The notes under the pieces are model-generated. The model did no database searches and was not told where the DNA came from. It saw only the letters and a program-made list of their open reading frames with translations. Source: Blastocatellia bacterium (GTDB lineage Bacteria; Acidobacteriota; Blastocatellia; RBC074). From it: a stretch of 64,000 nt of DNA. The stretch spans positions 104,583 to 168,582 of the forward strand of contig DAOLKO010000014.1 in assembly GCA_035331565.1 (NCBI GenBank). The letters run 5' to 3'. Both the position numbers and the translations under genes were made by a program. Positions 1-9,709 of the stretch are shown piece after piece; the stretch's first letter is position 1; each line of letters opens with the position of its first letter.

Positions 1-1504
1 CTTGCCAGAACGACGCCATTCCCCAATTGACGCCGCCGTCATCCGACCGAAACAGATCAACGCCGCCCACCCAGACAATGTTTTCATTGAGCGGATCAAC
101 GGCAATCGTATTGTCATGCCATCCTTGATGAATTAACTGAGGCTTCCAGCGAGAGTCGCATTCGTTCAAAACGGCGAAGTACGGATTGGTGAAAAGCAGG
201 CTGTTGAGTTTGCTTGCGGCATCGTCATTGACCTTGTTCCAACTGCCGGCAACCCCTCCGTTGGTCGAACGAAACACTGCGTACAGGCTGTGGACATTGT
301 TTTGTGCCGACGTTCCCTTCGCGGCCGCCACGGCGTAGATCACATTTTGATTGGAAGGCGCAATCGCCAGACTGGTGCGCGTCATGCCTTCTTCGCTGTA
401 AACGGGTTCCCATTGTCCCAGCGCACCGGCGTTGTCGTTGCGGTAAATCGAAGCCACCACCTTCCAGGGGTTTCTGGGTTCAGGCATGCCGCAGGCGGCG
501 AAGATCACGTCCGTTGAACTGTCTGTGCGGATGGCTAGATCGGTGCAACCATTGTTGGTGGTTTCGTTGAGTTGGCGCGTCCAGTTGACGCCGCCGTCAG
601 TCGAACGCATGACGCCCGCTCGCGTCGCGGCGTAAATGCGATTGGAATTGCTTTTGCTGATGACTATGTCGTTGACGTACCAAAAATCCGGCGTGTTCGT
701 GCCGTCCAGTCGCCGCCAGGTATTGCCGCCGTCGAAGCTGCGAAAAATGCCCGCGCCGCGAGTCGCCTCCGCGTTGAAGTAGCCCTCGCCCGTTCCGGCA
801 TAAATCGTTTCAGGGTTGTTCGGATCCAGCACCAGGGCATTGACCGCCATATTCGGCAGCAAATCCGTCAATGGCGTCCAGTTCTTTCCGCCATCCACGG
901 TTCGCCAAACACCGCCCGCGCTTCCGGCGGCGAACATGATGTCGGGCGTTCGCGGATGAATCACCAACGCGCGCGTGCGTCCGCCCACGTTGCCGGGGCC
1001 CAGCGGAGTCCAACCGCGCAAATCCGCCGGCGCGAGCATTTGATAGCTGTTCACAGCTTCTCGCTGCGATGGCAGCAGCGCCCGCTGCGAAGTGGAGTAT
1101 TGCGGCAGGTCGCGCATGCGCTCTTGCGCTTCCAGATAAAGCTCCACCGGCAGCGAATCCTCGCCATCTCGCAGCCTTCGTTTAAGCAGGTATTGCGCGC
1201 CTTCGTCAGGCTTGTCGTAAGCCCGTCGCATCTCTTCCAGTTCGCGTTCGATTTCTTCCTTCGACTCCAGACTCTGTTCGCTCTTTTTCGCGCGCAGATT
1301 TTTCGGCGTGGCTGTGCCGGAAGGCGTTTGGGCTGTTCGATATTCATCGCCTGAAGACGGCAATCGTAAATCGGTGTTTCGAGATTGAAGAGAAGGGACT
1401 GAAGAGCGGGATAAAAAGCAGGCCAGAATAATGCACGCCAACGCCAGACCAACGCCCAGCGCCAAGCCAAACCGAATTTTCCCTAGACCGATTGAAATCC
1501 GCAT
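1..1504 (-). CDS. Secreted BNR/Asp-box beta-propeller protein (sortilin/VPS10-like, glycosyl hydrolase-like); runs off the window start
   Basis: Hand translation from ATG 1504: MRISIGLGKIRFGLALGVGLALACIILACF (signal/anchor), then GWTPLGPGNVGGRTRALVIHP and Asp-boxes RTVDGGKNW, RSFDGGNTW, RSTDGGVNW. Absent from the ORF track because its stop lies outside the window. Confidence 0.85.
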   Translation of the reverse strand, partial: MRISIGLGKIRFGLALGVGLALACIILACFLSRSSVPSLQSRNTDLRLPSSGDEYRTAQTPSGTATPKNLRAKKSEQSLESKEEIERELEEMRRAYDKPDEGAQYLLKRRLRDGEDSLPVELYLEAQERMRDLPQYSTSQRALLPSQREAVNSYQMLAPADLRGWTPLGPGNVGGRTRALVIHPRTPDIMFAAGSAGGVWRTVDGGKNWTPLTDLLPNMAVNALVLDPNNPETIYAGTGEGYFNAEATRGAGIFRSFDGGNTWRRLDGTNTPDFWYVNDIVISKSNSNRIYAATRAGVMRSTDGGVNWTRQLNETTNNGCTDLAIRTDSSTDVIFAACGMPEPRNPWKVVASIYRNDNAGALGQWEPVYSEEGMTRTSLAIAPSNQNVIYAVAAAKGTSAQNNVHSLYAVFRSTNGGVAGSWNKVNDDAASKLNSLLFTNPYFAVLNECDSRWKPQLIHQGWHDNTIAVDPLNENIVWVGGVDLFRSDDGGVNWGMASFWQ

Positions 1505-2109
1505 GTGCTGTTTCCTCAACAGGGAAACGGGGGATTCGTGATTCTGCGTGAATCACATTTGAGTTGCCGTCCGTCAGCACAAGCAGCGACAGGCGAATGC
1601 ACTGCGCACCTGCGCCACCAGACGTTCCGTTGAGCTAAATCCGACTTGCCGAAAACGAGCAATCAGCTTGATTTCAACTTGATCGCCAAGCCGGGCGATC
1701 TCCCAATAGCTCATCGAGTCAGGGACACAATCACGATCAGGGCACCACCAATGGGAGGCCGGTCAGGAACAGCAACCGGCGTAAAAGTCATTTTGAGTTC
1801 GCAGTCGTAAGTTTTTTTGCCCGCAAACGGCGGCGCAAACATTTTACTTTGGGCCGATACATCTTGTTTGCACGCCGTTGTCGTCAGCAGATCATCAAAG
1901 CGTAAGGTTCTTTTTCGATCACTCTGGTCTCTTCTTGGGTAGAAACCGTGAGAGGAACTGACGTTCAGGCGGGCGGCATCTTAGCACGGCGAAGTAGAAT
2001 TGCAACTCACTGAACAAAAGCGTAAGCATCAGCCAAGATACTGCCTGCACTTGTGTTATGCTCCGCCAATAACACCTTTATTCTTCGATTCAAGGAGACC
2101 GACAACACC

Positions 2110-2856
2110 ATGAAATTACAAAACAAAGTCGCCGTCATTACCGGCGCGGGTTCCGGTTTGGGCCGCGCCATGGCTTTGCGCTTCGCCGCCGAAGGCGCGC
2201 GCATAGTCATCGCCGAACTCAACGAAGCCAAAGCCGAAGAAGTCCTGCGCGAAGTCCAGAAGGCAGGCGCTGAAGCCTTCGCCGTCACCACGGATGTCAG
2301 CAGTTCCGAATCCGTCGCTGATTTGTTCCGGGCGATTGATGACCGCGCCTGGCCTGTGGATGTAATGGTCAACAACGCCGGCAACGCCGGACAATTGACG
2401 CCGGTTCATCTGATGACGGACGAACAGTGGCATGGCGTGGTTCACGTTCATCTGAGCGGCACGTTTTATTGCACGCGCGAAGCCGTCAAGCGCATGCTGG
2501 CGCAGGGCGCGGGCGGTGCTGTCATCAACATCGCTTCAGTGGCCGGTTTGCGCGGACTGCCGGGAGGATCGTCTTACACCGCCGCCAAAGGTGCGATTAT
2601 CGCCTTCACCAAAGGCGTCGCGCAGGAATATGCCGCGCAAGGCATTCGCGTCAACGCCATTGCTCCCGGTTGGGTGGAAACGCCGATTCTGGAAAATCTG
2701 CCGGATCAGATTCGCCCCTTGATGGTCGCCAACACGCCGCTCGGACGCATTGGGCATCCAGAGGAAATCGCCGCTGTGGCGCTGTTTTTGGCCGGCGACG
2801 AATCCAGCTACATCATCGGCCAGACAATCAGCCCGAACGGCGGCCTGTACACCTGA
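2110..2856 (+). CDS. SDR family oxidoreductase (FabG-like)
   Basis: TGAGSGLG NAD(P)-binding motif, NNAG, catalytic YTAAK, RVNAIAPG; AAGGAG RBS upstream of ATG 2110. Confidence 0.93.
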   Translation: MKLQNKVAVITGAGSGLGRAMALRFAAEGARIVIAELNEAKAEEVLREVQKAGAEAFAVTTDVSSSESVADLFRAIDDRAWPVDVMVNNAGNAGQLTPVHLMTDEQWHGVVHVHLSGTFYCTREAVKRMLAQGAGGAVINIASVAGLRGLPGGSSYTAAKGAIIAFTKGVAQEYAAQGIRVNAIAPGWVETPILENLPDQIRPLMVANTPLGRIGHPEEIAAVALFLAGDESSYIIGQTISPNGGLYT

Positions 2857-2877
2857 ACCAGTGGCGATTAATTTTCG

Positions 2878-2941
2878 GCCACAGAGCCGCAGAGCCTCCG
2901 AGATGTTGGATTTTCTCTGTGCGCTCTGTGTGTTCCGAGGC
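2878..2941. repeat. REP-like imperfect palindrome (CACAGAG...CTCTGTG type)
   Basis: gccacagagccgcagag ... ctctgtgcgctctgtgtgttccgaggc in the SDR-rel spacer. Confidence 0.55.
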
Positions 2942-2993
2942 TAATGAACTCAGCTTGTCGCGGCTCAAATCGAAGCTGCTATAATCCCGCGCC

Positions 2994-5174
2994 ATGATCC
3001 GTTTTGAAGACGTCGAACGAAAATTGGAACGCTATCACCCGGAAGCCAATCTGGACTTGCTTCGCCGCGCCTATATTTTTTCCGCGATGATGCACAAGGA
3101 TCAAAAGCGCGCGTCGGGCGAGCCTTATCTGATTCATCCGCTGTCTGTCGCCGGCATGCTGGCCGACATGAAAATGGACGTGGAAACGGTCACGACAGGC
3201 TTGCTGCACGACGTGGTCGAAGACACCCTGACGCCGCTGTCCGAGATCAAGGAAAAGTTCGGTGAAACAGTGGCGCATTTGGTGGACGGCGTCACCAAAA
3301 TCAGCAACCTCGGTCAAATCTCCAAAGAAGACGCACAAGCCGAAAACCTGCGCAAAATGGTTCTGGCGATGGTGGACGACGTTCGCGTGGTGCTGGTTAA
3401 ACTGGCGGATCGTTCGCACAACATGCAGACGCTGCAATTCCTCAAGCCGGAAAAGCGCCGACGCATCGCGCAGGAAACCCTGGAAGTTTACGCGCCCATC
3501 GCGCACCGCCTGGGGATGAGCAAGATTCGCGCGGAGCTTGAAGAACTCTCGTTTCAATACCTGGAAGCGGAAAGCTACAAGCAACTGAAGGAAAACGTCG
3601 AATCGCGGCGCGCTTCGACCGAAGCCTTTTTGGAAGAACTCAAAACACGCATCGCCGAACGCCTGACGGAAAACGGCGTTCCGTTCCTGCGCATTGACGG
3701 GCGCATCAAACGGCTTTACAGCATCTACCTCAAGCTGAAAAAACAAAACATTTCGCTCGATAAGGTTTACGACCTGGCTGCCGTGCGAATCATCGTGCCG
3801 GAGATGAAAGACTGTTACTTCGCGCTCGGCGTGATGCATCAGCACTGGAAACCCTTTCAGGATCGCATCAAGGATTTCATCGCCAACCCGCGCGAAAACG
3901 GCTATCAATCGCTGCACACTTCAGTCATCGGCGAAGAAGGCCATCACTTTGAAGTCCAGATTCGCACAGAGGAAATGCACCGCATCGCCGAAGAAGGCAT
4001 CGCCGCGCATTGGAAGTACAAGGAAGGGAAGGGAAAAGACAACAGCGAAGACGAAATGATGAAGTGGCTGCGGCGGTTGGTGGAAACACAGCAGGACGTG
4101 GACGCGCGCGAATTCGTGGATTCGCTGAAGCTGGAGCTTTACCCGAAGGAAGTTTACGCCGTGACGCCGAAAGGCAAGGTTATTCAATTGCCGCGCGAAG
4201 CCACGCCGGTGGATTTCGCCTACGCCATTCACACTAAAGTCGGCGACCAATGCACAGGCGCGAAGGTCAATGGCCGCATCGTGCCGCTGTCTTACCAGAT
4301 TCAAAACGGCGATGTGATTGACATCCTGACCAGTCCCAACCAGAAGCCCAATCGCGACTGGCTGAAATTCGTCGTCACTTCGCGCGCGCGCAACAAGATC
4401 AAACATCACGTGGCGATGCGCCAGCGCGAAGAAGCCATCGAAGTCGGGCGCAAGCTGTTTGAAAAAGAAGTCTCGCGTTTGCGGCTGAAATTGAAAGCCG
4501 TGCTGGAAGACCCCGGCCTGGAAAAATATCGCGCCGACAACGGCTATCCGAAAATTGAAGACCTTTTCGCCGCCGTCGGCTACGGCAAGATTCTGGCCAA
4601 GACGCCGCTGCTGAAACTGGTTCCGGCGGACAAGCAGGAAGAACTGGACAAAGCCGAAGCACCGCGATTGCAGCAAATGGCGCAAGTGGTCAAACGCGCG
4701 CTCAAACTGGGCGACGACCGCATCGCCATCAAAGGCGTGGACAACGTGCTGGTCTATCGCGCACCCTGCTGCAATCCCATTCGCGGCGAAGACGTGATCG
4801 GCTACATCACGCGCGGCAAAGGCGTCGGTGTTCACGCCAGCCGCTGCAAGAACGCCGCCAATCTGCTGGTCAACCGCGAACGCATCATCGAAGTCACCTG
4901 GGTCGGCGAAGGCGGCAACGAACCTTACGCCGTCAAGCTGGCGGTGATGACCGAAGACCGCACTGGCCAATTGGCCGCGCTGACCAACGCCGTAGCCGAC
5001 ATCAAAACCAACATCCGCGAAGCTCGCACGGACAACCGCGAAAACGGTGCCGGCTTGCGCCGCATCGAACTGACCGTGGACATTCTGGATTTGAAACATC
5101 TCGAACGCGTTCGCAACGCGCTGCGCAAAGTGCAGGGCGTGCTGGAAGTCGAACGCATCACGCCACAATCCTGA
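2994..5174 (+). CDS. rel: Long RelA/SpoT homologue, bifunctional (p)ppGpp synthetase/hydrolase
   Basis: Intact HD hydrolase (LLHDVVEDT), synthetase RIKDFI (RxKD), GYQSLHT, EVQIRT, TGS (TPVDFAYAIHT), CCNPIRGE zinc motif, C-terminal ACT. Confidence 0.96.
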   Translation: MIRFEDVERKLERYHPEANLDLLRRAYIFSAMMHKDQKRASGEPYLIHPLSVAGMLADMKMDVETVTTGLLHDVVEDTLTPLSEIKEKFGETVAHLVDGVTKISNLGQISKEDAQAENLRKMVLAMVDDVRVVLVKLADRSHNMQTLQFLKPEKRRRIAQETLEVYAPIAHRLGMSKIRAELEELSFQYLEAESYKQLKENVESRRASTEAFLEELKTRIAERLTENGVPFLRIDGRIKRLYSIYLKLKKQNISLDKVYDLAAVRIIVPEMKDCYFALGVMHQHWKPFQDRIKDFIANPRENGYQSLHTSVIGEEGHHFEVQIRTEEMHRIAEEGIAAHWKYKEGKGKDNSEDEMMKWLRRLVETQQDVDAREFVDSLKLELYPKEVYAVTPKGKVIQLPREATPVDFAYAIHTKVGDQCTGAKVNGRIVPLSYQIQNGDVIDILTSPNQKPNRDWLKFVVTSRARNKIKHHVAMRQREEAIEVGRKLFEKEVSRLRLKLKAVLEDPGLEKYRADNGYPKIEDLFAAVGYGKILAKTPLLKLVPADKQEELDKAEAPRLQQMAQVVKRALKLGDDRIAIKGVDNVLVYRAPCCNPIRGEDVIGYITRGKGVGVHASRCKNAANLLVNRERIIEVTWVGEGGNEPYAVKLAVMTEDRTGQLAALTNAVADIKTNIREARTDNRENGAGLRRIELTVDILDLKHLERVRNALRKVQGVLEVERITPQS

Positions 5175-5228
5175 AACCGAGTACAGCACCGCGCGCATCC
5201 GTAAGCGGAAAATTGCAGGAGTAAAAAA

Positions 5229-6587
5229 TTGAAACTGATTGAACGCGAACCCAATGTTGCGGTTGGTTTGATGACCGGCGCGGAAACTGTCAACCTCGAA
5301 CTCAAAGGTGAGTTTGCCGCCGGCGGCGTGCGCTTTGCCGCCGGAAAATATCAGGCCGTCACCGCCTGCAATCGTATCGAACTAATTGACGCCGACGGGC
5401 GGCGTTTTAGCGCGGGTGAGGAATTGAAGCTTTCGCCGGTTGATGAGCGTTCGTCTTTTGTTGTGCGCGACGTAGTCATCGGCATTGATTTTCATTGGGA
5501 GCAAAAACAAGACCAGCAATTTCAAGGCGCGCTGCGATTGAAGCTCGGCGCGGATCAACGCCTGACGGTCATCAACGACGTACCCGTCGAAGCTTATCTG
5601 ACCAGCGTCATTTCCTCTGAAATGAGCGCGACGGCCGATGCCGAACTGCTCAAAGCGCACGCCGTGATTTCACGCAGTTGGCTGTTGGCGCAACTGCCGG
5701 ACTGGAAACGGCCGCGCGTCAAAAGCGAACCGAAGATCGAAACAGTCAACGGCGAGCGGCAGTTGATCCGCTGGTACGATCAGGAAGCGCATACGGAGTT
5801 CGATGTCTGCGCCGACGATCACTGCCAGCGTTATCAGGGCATCAGCAAAGCGACTTCGCCTATGGTCTTTGACGTCATTGCGCAAACGTTCGGGCAGGTG
5901 CTGACCTTTGACGACGAACTGTGCGACGCGCGCTTTTCCAAATCCTGCGGTGGAATGACCGAGAGCTTTGACGCCGCCTGGGCCGACGAAAAATTTCCGT
6001 ATCTGGCCGTGGCCTATGACGGCGAAAACTTTCCTGAAAACTTCGCGCTGCCGCTGACTGAAGAAGCCAACGCGGAACGCTGGATTCGTCAATCGCCGCC
6101 GGCCTTTTGCAACACCACTGAACCAAAAGTCCTGAGCAAAATACTGCCGGATTTCGACCGCGCCACACGCGACTTTTACCGTTGGCGAGTAACTCTCAGG
6201 CAGGGAGAGTTGCAGGAACTGTTGCGGCTTAAGCTTGGCGTGGAGTTCGGCGCGATTCATAAACTCGAACCGGTTGAGCGGGCGGCTTCGGGACGCCTGG
6301 TCAAATTGCGCATCGTCGGCGAACGCGAGCAACTCATCATCGGCAAGGAATTGGAAATTCGTCGCGCGCTTTCTCCATCCCACCTTTACAGTTCTGCGTT
6401 TGTCGTTGAAACTTCCGGCCACGGTTCAAACGCACCAGAACAATTCATACTGATCGGCGCGGGCTGGGGACACGGCGTAGGGCTTTGTCAGATCGGCGCG
6501 GCGCTGATGGCCGAACGCGGGTACGGATGCGAGCAAATCCTGGCGCATTACTATCAAGGCTCGCGGTTGCAGGCGTTGTATCAATAA
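5229..6587 (+). CDS. SpoIID/LytB domain protein (peptidoglycan lytic transglycosylase-like)
   Basis: [64 protein letters not shown]. Confidence 0.9.
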   Translation: MKLIEREPNVAVGLMTGAETVNLELKGEFAAGGVRFAAGKYQAVTACNRIELIDADGRRFSAGEELKLSPVDERSSFVVRDVVIGIDFHWEQKQDQQFQGALRLKLGADQRLTVINDVPVEAYLTSVISSEMSATADAELLKAHAVISRSWLLAQLPDWKRPRVKSEPKIETVNGERQLIRWYDQEAHTEFDVCADDHCQRYQGISKATSPMVFDVIAQTFGQVLTFDDELCDARFSKSCGGMTESFDAAWADEKFPYLAVAYDGENFPENFALPLTEEANAERWIRQSPPAFCNTTEPKVLSKILPDFDRATRDFYRWRVTLRQGELQELLRLKLGVEFGAIHKLEPVERAASGRLVKLRIVGEREQLIIGKELEIRRALSPSHLYSSAFVVETSGHGSNAPEQFILIGAGWGHGVGLCQIGAALMAERGYGCEQILAHYYQGSRLQALYQ

Positions 6588-6604
6588 CACGGACAACCAA
6601 ACCA

Positions 6605-6835
6605 ATGACGACAGATTATTATCAACTCCCGCTGACACAGCGGCGGCGGATGCTGGCGGACGAAGGATTTGCTCGAAACGATCTGCGCATCTGGCAACAC
6701 CACGACGGCAGAGCCATCGGCGAAGGCGTCGCCGCCGCCCTGACCGATTTCGCCTTTCACAGATTTCTGGACGCTGAAACCCCAACGCATGAAAAAACTC
6801 GTGACAGCCATATAACCGAAGCCGTCCATCTGTAG
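6605..6835 (+). CDS. Small hypothetical protein (76 aa)
   Basis: ATG 18 nt after the spoIID stop; ORF fills the gap between two same-strand genes. Confidence 0.55.
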   Translation: MTTDYYQLPLTQRRRMLADEGFARNDLRIWQHHDGRAIGEGVAAALTDFAFHRFLDAETPTHEKTRDSHITEAVHL

Positions 6836-6865
6836 CAGAAGTTTCTACCGAAAAGGAGAGTTGTC

Positions 6866-7648
6866 ATGCGGGTCATCGCCGGATTCCTGTTTTTATGCGT
6901 GTTATTGATTCTTGCGCCGGTCGCCAACAGTCAGCGCCCTTCGCCGCGCACTGAATTCCGTCCGAATCAAGACCCGAACCGAACGCACAACCTCGGCGAA
7001 TTCACCTTCGCCCGCCTGATTTACAGTTCCGACGGATGGCGCAGAATGTGGACGACTGATTATCCGAAAGCCGACCAGCAATTCATTATGGGGTTGCGCA
7101 ACTGGGTGCGCAGCAGTTTGAACATCTCCGACGACCCCATTGCCGTTTCAATGCTCGATAAAAAGATTTTCAATTACCCGTTCATTTACGCCGTCGAACC
7201 TGGCTATATGGAATTATCGTTGGAAGACGCCGCCGCCTTGCGCGAATACCTGCTGCGCGGCGGCTTTCTGATTCTGGATGATTTCTGGGGCGAATATGAG
7301 TGGTACAACGTGCAGCAACAAATGCGCAAAATCTTTCCCGAATATGAAATCAGGGCACTGCCGCTAGACCATCCCTTGTTTCATTGTTATTTCGACATTG
7401 ACGAAGTCATACAAGTCCCCAACGTAGACAACATCATCTATCGCGGGCGAACCGACGAAAAAGGCGGCGTTGTGCCGTATTACGAAGCCATCGTCAATGA
7501 AGAAGGCCGCGTGATGGTTTTCATCGCCCGCAATTCCGACAACGGCGATGCCTGGGAATGGATTGATGAACCGCGTTACCCGCTGAAGTATGGGCTGGCG
7601 GCGTATCGGCTGGGGATGAACGTGATCGTTTACGCGATGACGCATTGA
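6866..7648 (+). CDS. DUF4159 domain protein
   Basis: Signal peptide; [60 protein letters not shown]; GGAG RBS. Confidence 0.85.
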   Translation: MRVIAGFLFLCVLLILAPVANSQRPSPRTEFRPNQDPNRTHNLGEFTFARLIYSSDGWRRMWTTDYPKADQQFIMGLRNWVRSSLNISDDPIAVSMLDKKIFNYPFIYAVEPGYMELSLEDAAALREYLLRGGFLILDDFWGEYEWYNVQQQMRKIFPEYEIRALPLDHPLFHCYFDIDEVIQVPNVDNIIYRGRTDEKGGVVPYYEAIVNEEGRVMVFIARNSDNGDAWEWIDEPRYPLKYGLAAYRLGMNVIVYAMTH

Positions 7649-7690
7649 AACGTCGTGGCCGGTTCAACGCGACCAATTCATTACATGGAA

Positions 7691-7757
7691 TGTGAGGTGG
7701 ATTCTTGATCCGCCCCACAACAAATGCTGTGGAGCGGGTAAAGAACCCACTCCACAC
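7691..7757. repeat. About 28-bp-arm imperfect inverted repeat between convergent genes (REP-like or bidirectional terminator)
   Basis: GTGAGGTGGATTCTTGATCCGCCCCACA versus reverse complement of the right arm GTGGAGTGGGTTCTTTACCCGCTCCACA. Confidence 0.7.
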
Positions 7758-7782
7758 ACTGAAGTGAAAACCGATCTAATTT

Positions 7783-9504
7783 TTAGAGCTTGCCGTCACG
7801 ATAAATAACCTTGCCATTGAAAACTGTCAGCACGACTTTAGTTTCATGAATGCGAATGGGTTCGACTTTGAACAAGTCCTGAGAAAAGACTGCTATGTCG
7901 GCGAGCATGCCGGGCGCGATGCGGCCTTTGATGCCCTCTTCAAATGACGAGTACGCGCCGCCGTGTGTGTAAGCGCGCAGCGCGTCCACTATGCTGATGC
8001 GCTCGGCAGGAACCCAGCCGCGCGGCGGTTGGCCGTCGACGGTGCGGCGATTGGCAGCACTGTGCAAGCCGCGAATTGGGTCTACGCTGATGGCGGCGGG
8101 CCAGTCGCTGCTGTAAACCAGTTTCGCGCCGCTTTTCAGTAAAGATTGCCAGGCAAAGGCGAAGGGCAAACGTTCCGCACCGACGGCTTTGGACCAGACA
8201 TCCGTTGTGCCCGGATCGGCGTGAATCGGTTCCATCGAAGCCAGCACGTCGAGTTTGGCAAAGCGCGGAATGTCCGTGGGCGAAACGGTTTCGATATGTT
8301 CGATGCGATGGCGGCGCACGCGGCGCGGCTCTGTTTGTTGCGCCAGTTCATAAGCGTTCAAAGCTTCGCGGACGGCGCGGTCGCCGATGGCGTGCGTGTA
8401 AATTTGAAAACCCAGCTTGTCGAATTTGGCGACGAGGTCGCGATAAATGTCCGGTGGCATGGTGGTTTCGCCGTAAGGAATGCCTGAACTTGCCGGTAGA
8501 TCGCTGTAACGTTCGAGCATCGCCGCCGTGTGCGATTCGATCACACCGTCGAGCACAAACTTGATTGAGGCCGCGCGCAGCATCGGGTGAATGTCGTATT
8601 TCTTTTTCAGCGCCAGAAAACCGTCAATCTGTTGCTGCGTTGTGCGCTCGCCGGCGGAAAAGGCCATCGAAAAGCGCGCGGTCAATTCGCCTTTTTGCAG
8701 CAACTCTTCATAAAGCGAAAACTCATCCGCCGTGCCGCCGGCATTTTGCAGACTGGTGATGCCCAGCGAGGCGGCGAGTTTCAGCCCTTGCCGCAAAGCG
8801 TCCAGCTTTTGTTCGCGCGTGGGGCTTGGAATCAGGCGGCGCACCAGACTTTGCGCGCCTTCTTTGAGTGCGCCCGTAGGTTCGCCGGCTGCGTCACGAA
8901 CGATTTCGCCGTAACCAGTGAACTTCGTCTGACTGTTGATTTCGGCCAGTTGCAAAGCTTTGGAGTTGGCCCAGCCGCTGTGACCGTCGTAGGCACTCAG
9001 GAAAACCGGACGGTCTTTGATGATGGCGTCAAGGTAGGTTTTGGTCGGCAATCCGCCGGGAAAGGGTGTGTATTCCCAGCCGCGTCCGGTCAGCCAGGGG
9101 CGGTCGGGATTCTTTTTGGCGAAATCGGCGATGCGGCCAACCATTTCGGCTACGGTTTTGCAACCGGTCAGGTCAATTTCATTCAAGCCGGAAGCTCCGC
9201 CCAGAAAGTGTATATGCGCATCGTTGAAGCCGGGCGCGACGAATCTGCCGCCGAGGTCAATCAACTGCGTGCCTTCGCCGGCAAGTTGGCGGATTTCCGC
9301 CGTCGTCCCGACGCGCAGAATCCGATTGCCGCGAATGGCCACGGCTTCCACGAAAGACGCGGCGTCGCCACCCGTCCACACGCGACCGTTGACCAGCGTC
9401 AGATCGGCAGTATCGGCGGGAGAGGTGTCAGCGGACAGTACGGCAAGCAGGCAGGTAAATCCAAAACACAGGATTGGGAGAAGAATATATCGAATGGGTT
9501 TCAT
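7783..9504 (-). CDS. Secreted amidohydrolase (amidohydrolase_3, YtcJ-like)
   Basis: [49 protein letters not shown]; signal peptide from MKPIRY (9504). Confidence 0.92.
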   Translation of the reverse strand: MKPIRYILLPILCFGFTCLLAVLSADTSPADTADLTLVNGRVWTGGDAASFVEAVAIRGNRILRVGTTAEIRQLAGEGTQLIDLGGRFVAPGFNDAHIHFLGGASGLNEIDLTGCKTVAEMVGRIADFAKKNPDRPWLTGRGWEYTPFPGGLPTKTYLDAIIKDRPVFLSAYDGHSGWANSKALQLAEINSQTKFTGYGEIVRDAAGEPTGALKEGAQSLVRRLIPSPTREQKLDALRQGLKLAASLGITSLQNAGGTADEFSLYEELLQKGELTARFSMAFSAGERTTQQQIDGFLALKKKYDIHPMLRAASIKFVLDGVIESHTAAMLERYSDLPASSGIPYGETTMPPDIYRDLVAKFDKLGFQIYTHAIGDRAVREALNAYELAQQTEPRRVRRHRIEHIETVSPTDIPRFAKLDVLASMEPIHADPGTTDVWSKAVGAERLPFAFAWQSLLKSGAKLVYSSDWPAAISVDPIRGLHSAANRRTVDGQPPRGWVPAERISIVDALRAYTHGGAYSSFEEGIKGRIAPGMLADIAVFSQDLFKVEPIRIHETKVVLTVFNGKVIYRDGKL

Positions 9505-9709
9505 AGTTCGGGGACCTTTGGAAAAAATCAGCGGCAGGATTTTTGTCCGGCTTCGTCTTGATTGCAATGGCCGGGAATTTCTTTGGTAAAACAATCTTGC
9601 AACTGTGCCGGACTCAACATCGTCTCTCGTTTCAGGTATTCTTGGTTTGCGGCAAAATCAGGTTCCCAAGTGCCGCACCCAAATTGTTCAATCGAAAAAA
9701 TTTAAGGTT

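Noticed and set aside
572-1470. ORF-track ORFs 572-1354 (+) and 1051-1470 (-)
   Set aside because: Antisense and off-frame shadows of the real minus-strand BNR gene (1-1504), which has clear Asp-box motifs
1700-1800. Possible SRP, 6S or tmRNA gene
   Set aside because: GGTCAGGAACAGC only loosely resembles SRP helix 8 (no GGAAGGAAGCAGC), and there are no tRNA-like tmRNA ends or long 6S-type duplex
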